In this document: positions 25,862 through 33,525 of the stretch, one piece after another
How positions within the stretch are numbered: position 1 is the stretch's first letter
How the letters are laid out: each line of letters starts with the position of its first letter
Made by a program: the position numbers and the translations under genes
The notes under the pieces: model-generated
The model's input: the letters and a program-made list of their open reading frames with translations, nothing else
The model's database searches: none
What the model was told of the DNA's origin: nothing
Origin: Pseudomonas phage 20Sep420
Direction: 5' to 3' (one strand)
DNA length: 62,357 bases
Sequence record: OQ319938.1

Positions 25862-26070
25862 TGATTTCCCAACGCCCAGGAGGGCATATGCACCCGACGA
25901 AAGATGACCACACCTATGAAGGCGGCGGTATTACCGACACCATCAAGGAAGACCGCGAGGAAGTCGCCAAGCGCAAGGAAGCACAGAAGAAGGCAGAACG
26001 CAGGTCCGCTTTCATTACCGCAGGACTGATCCTGTTGGCGATAACAGCGATTTACTTCGTCACCAAGTAA
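25861..26070 (+). CDS. tail-anchored membrane protein, 69 aa
   Basis: TAATG overlap. C-terminal TM segment AFITAGLILLAITAIYF. Confidence 0.45.
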   Translation: MISQRPGGHMHPTKDDHTYEGGGITDTIKEDREEVAKRKEAQKKAERRSAFITAGLILLAITAIYFVTK

Positions 26071-26141
26071 GTAGATTAAGCCCTGGTTCACAAGCCGGGG
26101 CTTATTCTTTGTCTATCAACTGACCACATGGAGTTCGCAAC

Positions 26142-26435
26142 ATGAAGTTGTTCGTCACAACCATCAGCGTCGTAAATACCAATTGGGGCTACTCGCGTAG
26201 CTACTCGGACTTCTCGAAGATCGATTCGGATAAGGCCGACTACCACTGCCTGAACGAAGTCAATGCGCAAAACCACGACTCCGACCTGGACAACGAATTC
26301 GTTAGCGATATCCCTTACGAATTCCAGCGCCAGTTCATTAACTTGAATTGGCATTCCCCCGAAGCATTCGTTGAATGGGCGAACTCGGTTCCGAACCTGC
26401 ATGCGTTCGTCACCCGCACGGAGGTTGAGGCATGA
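26142..26435 (+). CDS. hypothetical acidic protein, 97 aa
   Basis: Compact ORF. Confidence 0.5.
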   Translation: MKLFVTTISVVNTNWGYSRSYSDFSKIDSDKADYHCLNEVNAQNHDSDLDNEFVSDIPYEFQRQFINLNWHSPEAFVEWANSVPNLHAFVTRTEVEA

Positions 26436-26662
26436 TCCGTTTCTTGCAGGTTGTCCTTCTGGCCCTGCTGGTGTTCGCTGTATATGGCACAAGCAAATCC
26501 TACGAGCAGGCCAAGGAACGATCCCTTCGCGCACGTGAAGTCCAGTGCGACAGGTTGTCAGGTAAGGGCAACGCAGGTCTGTGCATCATCGAAGGCCGAC
26601 TTATCAACCTCGACCGTAGCGACTACCGCGAACAGGCAAGGAAGGCTCGCAATGAACGCTGA
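26432..26662 (+). CDS. small protein with an N-terminal TM or signal segment, 76 aa
   Basis: N-terminus FLQVVLLALLVFAVYG. Confidence 0.5.
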   Translation: MIRFLQVVLLALLVFAVYGTSKSYEQAKERSLRAREVQCDRLSGKGNAGLCIIEGRLINLDRSDYREQARKARNER

Positions 26663-27074
26663 ACAGGCAATGGTTGTGATCGAGCAGGCAGTCAAGGCCA
26701 AGATTCGCGACTACTTGATTCGGAAGTATGTCGGCTTCGATGCGATCTACCGCCCGAAGTCCATGGAACACATGCCGGTCCGAATGGCCGTGTGCCTCAA
26801 CGATATCGTGGTCATGGGTAAGACCATGAGCATCGGGACGACCGGCCCTAAGTTGCACAAGGTTATGATGCGGCTTGTTGAGCGAGGGGACATTGATTCG
26901 CGCGATCTTCGCTACTTTGTTCCACTGCCGTTAATCTGCGAATGGTTCGATGATGTTACATTGAGCCTCGAACGACAGGGACTGCCCTACTACGACGATA
27001 AGGTCGGAATGGAACAGGCTCGATTGAAGGCCAACGAACTGCGCGAAAAGCGTCGCGCCATGTGGAGAACGTAA
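26652..27074 (+). CDS. hypothetical protein, 140 aa
   Basis: Internal ATG of the tool ORF 26451..27074. Confidence 0.5.
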   Translation: MNAEQAMVVIEQAVKAKIRDYLIRKYVGFDAIYRPKSMEHMPVRMAVCLNDIVVMGKTMSIGTTGPKLHKVMMRLVERGDIDSRDLRYFVPLPLICEWFDDVTLSLERQGLPYYDDKVGMEQARLKANELREKRRAMWRT

Positions 27075-27361
27075 TGCATTTCGTAAAGACCCTTACCGTT
27101 GTCCGTATCATCCCGGCCCTGGACAGCATGATTCTGAGCCGTACATTCGTCGGCACCGGTAAGAATCTGGATGATGCTGACTTGGCCTGCATTCAGAACA
27201 TCCATATGAATTGGGACGACATTCGTTCCATCGCGCCGGGTCATCTGGAACCCGATGATATCGTCAACTCTCAGAGCGTCGCCGAATTGGTGTCGCTCAT
27301 CAATCGGAAGTGGGAGAACACCACTGCTTCCCAATACGGTTTTGCACTGAAGGACGCATAA
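27074..27361 (+). CDS. hypothetical protein, 95 aa
   Basis: TAATG overlap. Confidence 0.5.
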   Translation: MHFVKTLTVVRIIPALDSMILSRTFVGTGKNLDDADLACIQNIHMNWDDIRSIAPGHLEPDDIVNSQSVAELVSLINRKWENTTASQYGFALKDA

Positions 27362-27365
27362 CATA

Positions 27366-27557
27366 ATGAATATGGACCTCGAAAAGATCGCCAACATGAA
27401 GGAACTGCTGCGTGCGCAGATGGACGTGTACGCAGAACGTATCCGGATTCTCGAAAAGGTCCCTGGGGAGTTCCCCAAGGTGATGATCGAGACCTATCAG
27501 GAATTCATCCTGCATACAGGCAGGGTCCTGCAAGCTGCACACAACCCCCGACATTAA
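27366..27557 (+). CDS. hypothetical protein, 63 aa
   Basis: Compact ORF. Confidence 0.4.
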   Translation: MNMDLEKIANMKELLRAQMDVYAERIRILEKVPGEFPKVMIETYQEFILHTGRVLQAAHNPRH

Positions 27558-27574
27558 CCACAGGAGTAAGCTGT

Positions 27575-27871
27575 ATGAGCCGTAAGACCCCGAAGATCGA
27601 GAACCCGCGCCTGACGATGGGCGATGCCATGTCGTTCAAGTTCCGCGTGATGGGCAACCTCGCCAAGCGCTCGGATTTCGAAGACGATATCATCTTCAAA
27701 GTGTCCGGTCAGGCGAAATTCCGTGATAGTTCCTTCGCCATGATCCGTAGCAACAAGGATTCCGACGTGTGGCTGATCCTGTCGGCGAACTCCACTGCCA
27801 TGATCGACCTCATGGACCGCCTGCCCAAGCTGGCCGCGAAGAACGGCCTGACCATCCGCAACATCAAGTGA
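27575..27871 (+). CDS. hypothetical protein, 98 aa
   Basis: ACCACAGGAGTA-type RBS. Confidence 0.5.
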   Translation: MSRKTPKIENPRLTMGDAMSFKFRVMGNLAKRSDFEDDIIFKVSGQAKFRDSSFAMIRSNKDSDVWLILSANSTAMIDLMDRLPKLAAKNGLTIRNIK

Positions 27872-27876
27872 GCGCT

Positions 27877-28740
27877 ATGAAGAAGCCCAACACCAAGAAC
27901 CAAGCCATCCGCCGCTCCTGGGCGTACCGCAACCGCAACATAGATCCGTGCGTGATGAAGGCTGCGTGGCGCGATCTGCCAAAGGGGGTCGTGGTCATCA
28001 TCCGGATCAACGCCAAATACCATGACCGACTGAAAACCCTGTATTTCGGCGATGGTTCGTCGCTGCACTTCGCCTACAACGAAGACAACTACGTCCGCAC
28101 CGTGAAGACCGGCTTCAATGGCAATCCGGTTGAGCAGCGCCTGCACCACACCAACATGGGCCACGAAACCAAGTGGTTCATTCCGTTGGCCGAATCGAAG
28201 AATGAACCGGCGCCTGCATGGGAACTTCGTACTGGCAATGGAAAGATCGTCGGCATGATTGCCACGGAAGTGAAGAATCGTGCTGAAAACAACCGACTGT
28301 CCACCCAGGCCGAGATTATTCGTCAGCTGCGAGAGAAGAATGACGAGTTGGAGAACGTCCTGCGCACGCAGAAGGCTATCACCAAGGCATGCGAGAAGAT
28401 CGCGAATGATCGCGGCCATGTCATCAAGCGGCTGACACGTGCGCTGATCGAGCAGACGGATTCGGGCATCAAGCTGAAGGCCGCGCTGCACGCCATCACC
28501 GCCGAAGCCAACCTGATGGGACTGTTGTCCTGCCTTCGTCCGCCGAATTCGACCGTGACCACAGGTGATGCTGTGAAGCGCCTGATTACCGAAGGCGATA
28601 TCCACCACGGGCGAGCCAAGGCACTGTTCGAAGCCGCGAAGGCTGAAAGCGAGACGAATGGTTGCGAAGCCATCAAGGCCGCCCAGCAGGAAGTCCGCAG
28701 TGAGCGGACGAATGGCGCTCGCGCACCCTGGGATCGTTGA
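27877..28740 (+). CDS. hypothetical protein with a C-terminal coiled coil, 287 aa
   Basis: Internal ATG of the tool ORF 27769..28740. Confidence 0.5.
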   Translation: MKKPNTKNQAIRRSWAYRNRNIDPCVMKAAWRDLPKGVVVIIRINAKYHDRLKTLYFGDGSSLHFAYNEDNYVRTVKTGFNGNPVEQRLHHTNMGHETKWFIPLAESKNEPAPAWELRTGNGKIVGMIATEVKNRAENNRLSTQAEIIRQLREKNDELENVLRTQKAITKACEKIANDRGHVIKRLTRALIEQTDSGIKLKAALHAITAEANLMGLLSCLRPPNSTVTTGDAVKRLITEGDIHHGRAKALFEAAKAESETNGCEAIKAAQQEVRSERTNGARAPWDR

Positions 28741-28762
28741 TCCAGTAAGCTGTTGTTAAGGA

Positions 28763-28799
28763 GGACGGGTCTAGTATAGGCCCGTCCTTTAACGTATTT
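28763..28799 (+). terminator. weak intrinsic terminator candidate
   Basis: Hairpin AGGACGGG...CCCGTCCT followed by a T-rich stretch. Confidence 0.3.
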
Positions 28800-28810
28800 G
28801 GAGACATGAA

Positions 28811-29278
28811 ATGTCCGACTTGATCCACGCACGTATTACTTCGACGCAGAGCGCTATCATCGAGAAGTTCACTGAAGGGTTCGACAGCCCTTCCGACAAG
28901 GTAATTTGGTTCATGCCTCCTGGCATGGGAAAGAGTGCAGTTATGGAAGAGTTGCGCCGCAAGTACCTGGATGGTGAAAGCACCAACGGTAAGGTGGCTA
29001 CTCGGATCGAATGGGATGAACACGAACCGATTACAGCAGAGCTGCTTCAGGAATGGTGGGATGCTTTGAAAGAGCAGCCCGATGCTGTGATCGTCATCGA
29101 CAGCATTCCGCACGTACTGGACCTGAAGCGACAGTTGATGAAAGATGCCATCGAGAATGAAATGCGCTCGTTCCTTCCTACCATGATCGATGAGTGTAAG
29201 GCCCAGCTTTTCCCGGAGAAGCCGTGGATCGCCATGAATGATTGGCGCAACAACCGTCGAGGTAAGCGTAACCGTTAA
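28811..29278 (+). CDS. small P-loop NTPase, 155 aa
   Basis: Walker A FMPPGMGKSAV. Walker B-like AVIVIDSI. Confidence 0.5.
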   Translation: MSDLIHARITSTQSAIIEKFTEGFDSPSDKVIWFMPPGMGKSAVMEELRRKYLDGESTNGKVATRIEWDEHEPITAELLQEWWDALKEQPDAVIVIDSIPHVLDLKRQLMKDAIENEMRSFLPTMIDECKAQLFPEKPWIAMNDWRNNRRGKRNR

Positions 29279-29334
29279 TTCACAGTTCAGCTTAACGGAC
29301 GTATAGTACAACCATCAACTACGGAGTACGCGAC

Positions 29335-29559
29335 ATGCACACCAAGTACGACTTCTGCCTTTTCTACGATGGCCAGGATTACAGCATCACCGCAGGTATC
29401 GAACAGGACACCGATGGCAGTGGCCGTCCTCTGATCAGTGTTGAAATCGAGGATTCGGAAGAAGCATCGATCCTCGAACGTAAGGTTGGTCCGTCCCGTA
29501 TGCGTGACATGATTGTCGATGCGTACATGGAAATGGGCTTTGATGATCCCCGCGACTGA
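29335..29559 (+). CDS. hypothetical acidic protein, 74 aa
   Basis: GGAG RBS. Confidence 0.45.
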   Translation: MHTKYDFCLFYDGQDYSITAGIEQDTDGSGRPLISVEIEDSEEASILERKVGPSRMRDMIVDAYMEMGFDDPRD

Positions 29560-29569
29560 GGAACCCGCC

Positions 29570-29914
29570 ATGAAGAAGTCCAGCCGATTCGCCCTGTTGT
29601 TCTCCGCTGTGGTCATGTTCGGTAGCTGCGTTCCGGCCCAGCCAGCATACGCGCAAACCGCGCAGCAGATGCAGTATTGCGAACTGTTCGTCAGTGTCGC
29701 CGAGAAGACTGTCCATCAGCGTTACGAAGGTGTTACGATGCAGGAACTCCTGGACTACGCTAACGGGACCGACGTGTACCAGGATATCGTACCGATGATC
29801 CGCGAAGCGTACTCACTCCCGAAGGTGAACGGGCGCCAAGCGAGGGCCGGACAGGCATTCGAATTCGGTACGCGCATGTACGTCAAGTGCGTTAACATGA
29901 TGGTTCGGTTATGA
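29570..29914 (+). CDS. secreted or periplasmic protein with a signal peptide, 114 aa
   Basis: N-terminus MKKSSRFALLFSAVVMFGSCVPAQPAYA|Q. Confidence 0.5.
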   Translation: MKKSSRFALLFSAVVMFGSCVPAQPAYAQTAQQMQYCELFVSVAEKTVHQRYEGVTMQELLDYANGTDVYQDIVPMIREAYSLPKVNGRQARAGQAFEFGTRMYVKCVNMMVRL

Positions 29915-30144
29915 ACTGCGAACTGTGCGATCCGAATAGCAAGGACCCGCGCAGAATTTTCATGCAATGTTGGTGTGGAGTGAGGAACATGGAACAGGAA
30001 GGTTACGACGCATACGTCTCGATTCTGGCAAAAGGCTTTGAACCGTCATTCTTTCTCGGTATGCAGGCGTGCCCGTACCCTCTCGGTACGGATGACCGCA
30101 AGGCATGGATGAAGGGGTGGGGTAAGGCGAGGGAGGAAGCCTAA
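29911..30144 (+). CDS. Cys-rich small protein, 77 aa
   Basis: CELC...CWC. Confidence 0.4.
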   Translation: MNCELCDPNSKDPRRIFMQCWCGVRNMEQEGYDAYVSILAKGFEPSFFLGMQACPYPLGTDDRKAWMKGWGKAREEA

Positions 30145-30377
30145 TGGCATTCGACAACAAGACCATGCGGCGTGTGGTGGCGAACAAGCCTCACATCGCG
30201 TTGATCGATGGCTGGTGGCGGGTTAGCGCGATCCAGCTGAAGGGCAGGCGCTTCTCATCGGTGCCGACCTGGGCCGGAGATACCGCGCACGCCCGCTGGA
30301 ACGCAGCCCACCGGTTCATCCAGCCCTTGAACCATGCCCTGCACTGGTGCCCAACGTGCCACCAGCGGCGCCGGTAG
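30144..30377 (+). CDS. hypothetical protein, 77 aa
   Basis: ATG overlap. C-terminal CPTCH. Confidence 0.4.
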   Translation: MAFDNKTMRRVVANKPHIALIDGWWRVSAIQLKGRRFSSVPTWAGDTAHARWNAAHRFIQPLNHALHWCPTCHQRRR

Positions 30378-30453
30378 GCCCAGGTTCAGCGCCGCACAGG
30401 CAGAATGATCCCCGTACCCTAAGTGCGGGGATTTTTCTTACCGGAGATTCACA

Positions 30454-30876
30454 ATGGCATTGCTCAACCACTACACCAAAGCGCAGACTTACTTCGATAT
30501 CTTCAAGACTAATGGCTACCTCGCGCCAGCCGATCACAGCGATTTCCTGTACAACTGCACTGAAGCGCTGAAGCATATCAAGGGTCCTTACATCCGAAAG
30601 GATATGCTGGATATGATGGAAGAGGTTGTGCATGCCCTCGGAATTCCAGGCGCTATGTACGGCCACGCTCCTGGGTATCGCGGTAATGAACTGTTCCAAC
30701 TTGAACCGCGCCAGGGTGATGACTTCCGAGACACGAATGGTCGCTGGTGTCACGCATCCGATATGATCGGAGTAGTAATCAACTGGCGTGATGAGGAAGA
30801 CCTTGCATGGGAGCGCGAACAGGAGTACGCTGAAGCCTATCGTGAATCTCGGAAGCCCGAATATGCCAACTGCTAA
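30454..30876 (+). CDS. hypothetical protein, 140 aa
   Basis: Compact ORF. Confidence 0.5.
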   Translation: MALLNHYTKAQTYFDIFKTNGYLAPADHSDFLYNCTEALKHIKGPYIRKDMLDMMEEVVHALGIPGAMYGHAPGYRGNELFQLEPRQGDDFRDTNGRWCHASDMIGVVINWRDEEDLAWEREQEYAEAYRESRKPEYANC

Positions 30877-31300
30877 AGAACGACGTAATGAAATCGCTGA
30901 CCGATTGGAGAACCTGCGTAAGCGGGTTCAATGGGACACCGATTACAACACCCTCACCGACGCAATCAACGAACTGCGTAGCATCCGTGACAGGACATTC
31001 GCGACTGTGCCGAAGGGGACTCTGAAGCCGGGTAGCGCTACTTGGCACATTGTCCGTCTCCTGGAACGAACCGGTCGCGGCATGACCACAAAGGAGATTG
31101 GTGCCGAGCTAATTGGTGGCGGGTTCATCAAGTCATCCGATAGTCGCGACATGTCAACCTACCTCAACAACGCGAGGAAGGGAGGTGCCATCGTCAAGCA
31201 TCTGATCAAGTCCGAAAAGAACTGGTGGGGGTATGAAAGCACCTACGCCCTTCCGGGTGTCGAAGTTGAAGGGGAGCGCTATGTCAAACCTTTCCGTTGA
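30863..31300 (+). CDS. putative winged-helix DNA-binding protein, 145 aa
   Basis: Internal ATG. Helical region TTKEIGAELIGGGF... Confidence 0.4.
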   Translation: MPTAKERRNEIADRLENLRKRVQWDTDYNTLTDAINELRSIRDRTFATVPKGTLKPGSATWHIVRLLERTGRGMTTKEIGAELIGGGFIKSSDSRDMSTYLNNARKGGAIVKHLIKSEKNWWGYESTYALPGVEVEGERYVKPFR

Positions 31301-31628
31301 GGAACGTGACCGATACTGGTGGCTTCTGTTTGCCATCAGGGAATTAGGAGAGCATGTCTTTTCCGGCCACTCTCTGCTTGTGGACCGATACCGTGATCGG
31401 TGGCACCGGAATCCGACTGAGTTGCATCAGGACCTGTGCAGGATGGAAACGTTGTCCTGGATAAGGTTGCGTAATGCACATCGAACCATGTGGGAGCAGA
31501 AGGTAGATGGTGTAGTGAAGCATACTACTTTCGAAATCGACATTCGTTCGCATGGGTACATCCAGATGAATGAATCTCGACTGTGTACCTATCCAAGTAT
31601 TGCGGAAGAGTTCCTTCGTCGCGTATGA
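31281..31628 (+). CDS. hypothetical protein, 115 aa
   Basis: GGGGAG RBS. Confidence 0.45.
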   Translation: MSNLSVEERDRYWWLLFAIRELGEHVFSGHSLLVDRYRDRWHRNPTELHQDLCRMETLSWIRLRNAHRTMWEQKVDGVVKHTTFEIDIRSHGYIQMNESRLCTYPSIAEEFLRRV

Positions 31629-31656
31629 TTACTCCATCAGCTTAACGGAGTCAGTC

Positions 31657-31878
31657 ATGTACGCAGTAGCCAAGCACGGTAAGAACGGCAAGACCCTTTT
31701 CTTCGGCCCGGCCAACAAGGGTGCGCCCTGGCACCGCAACCCCGAGTTCGTCAAGGAATACCGCAGCGCCGATAAGGCAGCTGACGTAGCCGCCCGCTCG
31801 GGTGGTTGGGTGGTCGATTCGGATCATGCACGCTGGAACTGCGGCGAGCGGCAGGTTTGCACGGACATGCTCGGTTAA
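31657..31878 (+). CDS. hypothetical protein, 73 aa
   Basis: GGAG RBS. Confidence 0.4.
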   Translation: MYAVAKHGKNGKTLFFGPANKGAPWHRNPEFVKEYRSADKAADVAARSGGWVVDSDHARWNCGERQVCTDMLG

Positions 31879-31922
31879 GCTGGCGTTCGGTATCATCGCA
31901 TTCACATTCTCAGGAGACCCCC

Positions 31923-32183
31923 ATGTCCCGTTTCATCGAAATCAAAGGCCGTATGCAGGCCGACTTCCCCACCGACGAAGACTTCCTTCCTGATCTGATC
32001 CAATCCTTGCGGGACGAATACCCGTACTGCCATTCCAACGCCAAGCTCACTGATGGCGGAACCTGCTGGCAGGTCACGGTCATCCACAAGAAACCTGTTC
32101 CGCTGAAGGAAATCGTGGTAGCGAACATTCGCGGTCATGTCCAGGGCTGGTTCCATGCTTCCACCGGCACCAATGGTCGCTGA
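31923..32183 (+). CDS. hypothetical protein, 86 aa
   Basis: AGGAG RBS. Confidence 0.45.
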   Translation: MSRFIEIKGRMQADFPTDEDFLPDLIQSLRDEYPYCHSNAKLTDGGTCWQVTVIHKKPVPLKEIVVANIRGHVQGWFHASTGTNGR

Positions 32184-32185
32184 TC

Positions 32186-32539
32186 ATGAGTCGCGTTTCC
32201 AAGCTGAAGGATCGCTATCAGCGTGAAGTGATCCGCACGTTCCTGTCGATGGGGTTCTACCTCACCGTCAACAACGGCCATTTCGATATTTGCCGACGTG
32301 AGCGAGATTACGGTACGATCTGCGATGCCATGAAGTCGGCGTCAATCGACCGTATTACCCTGCACCGATTCAATGTGGTCAAGGTCGATCCAGTTGCAGT
32401 AGGCTGGGTTGAAATATCGCACGAAGGGGACCACAGGGACATGTTCGCCGATTACAGCCCGAGCATTTCGTTCATCATGGATAAGTTCGATGAAGCGATT
32501 CGCAACGAAGTAATCATCGACGCAAGGAAGCGCGCATGA
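32186..32539 (+). CDS. hypothetical protein, 117 aa
   Basis: Compact ORF. Confidence 0.5.
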   Translation: MSRVSKLKDRYQREVIRTFLSMGFYLTVNNGHFDICRRERDYGTICDAMKSASIDRITLHRFNVVKVDPVAVGWVEISHEGDHRDMFADYSPSISFIMDKFDEAIRNEVIIDARKRA

Positions 32540-32967
32540 AGATTGACGTTCGATTCCTTGTCGATCTGTGCAAGGTCAACGCCAGCAAAAGCAAAGACCC
32601 CTCCACCCAGGTGGGGGCGGTCATTATGCGTCCAGACGGTACGATTGCATCGGGCGGTCGTAACGGTTTTGAAATAGGAGCTAACGATGATCCGGCGCTG
32701 TTCCTTGACAGAAGCTATAAGCTCGCAAATATATTCCACGCAGAACACAACGCAATTCGGTTCGCACGGGAATCCCTCGCTGGATACTGTATTTGCGTTT
32801 GGCCGCTTCCACCCTGCGAATGCTGCATGGCACGAATCCATTCCGCTGGAATCACAGCCGTGGTTGCGCCCATTGTCCATGAGTTGAACCGTTGGTACGA
32901 TACTGGACTGCGCGCCAAACAATTCGCTTTGCAAAATGGGATTACTTATCGTGAATACTATCTCTGA
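32536..32967 (+). CDS. dCMP/cytidine deaminase (zinc-dependent)
   Basis: HAEHNAI (the H-A-E motif) and PCECC (the PCxxC motif). Confidence 0.7.
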   Translation: MKIDVRFLVDLCKVNASKSKDPSTQVGAVIMRPDGTIASGGRNGFEIGANDDPALFLDRSYKLANIFHAEHNAIRFARESLAGYCICVWPLPPCECCMARIHSAGITAVVAPIVHELNRWYDTGLRAKQFALQNGITYREYYL

Positions 32968-33259
32968 TCGTTTCGCGGGTCTCGACATTGATGCGATGGT
33001 CGAACAGATGGATGCCGAAGAGGAAAATCGGCCCAAGCCCATCCCCATCGAGAAAATCACCGAGCATTCTGCGGCCCTGGAAGCGGTGACTGCCGCCGAA
33101 GAGGCATGGCGGAATGCGATCCAGCAGCGCGATATCGCCCTGGCCGCGCACAACGAGGGTATTAAGCTCCTGCGCGTGCGCCTACAGCGCGCCCGTGACT
33201 TGGCCGACCAGCTTAAGCCTCGCCGACCGGTGGGCCGTCCAAGGCTCTACAAGCGTTGA
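32936..33259 (+). CDS. small protein with a C-terminal AT-hook-like motif, 107 aa
   Basis: C-terminal RRPVGRPRLYKR. Start uncertain. Confidence 0.35.
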   Translation: MGLLIVNTISDRFAGLDIDAMVEQMDAEEENRPKPIPIEKITEHSAALEAVTAAEEAWRNAIQQRDIALAAHNEGIKLLRVRLQRARDLADQLKPRRPVGRPRLYKR

Positions 33260-33312
33260 CGGCTCGCTGAACGTGCCGTAAGCTGTCCCCTCTTTTTCAC
33301 CGAGCCGACGCA

Positions 33313-33525
33313 ATGAATCCCGCCGTACAATTTCGTGAGCAATACGTCACATCCGGGGAAATCCAGCGCCGAGTCGGTATCTCACGTTCTGCTTTGACGC
33401 AGGCTGTGCAGGCGGGAAAGTTCCCCGCGCCGATGGACCTCGAAGAACGGCTTCATATTTGGAGCCGTGCTGAAGTCGAAGGAAACATCGCCGCATGGGC
33501 CAAGGCCCGCAATCAGAACAAGTGA
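33313..33525 (+). CDS. AlpA-like HTH DNA-binding protein, 70 aa
   Basis: The TSGEIQRRVGISRSALTQAVQAGKFP pattern of AlpA-type regulators and excisionases. Confidence 0.5.
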   Translation: MNPAVQFREQYVTSGEIQRRVGISRSALTQAVQAGKFPAPMDLEERLHIWSRAEVEGNIAAWAKARNQNK

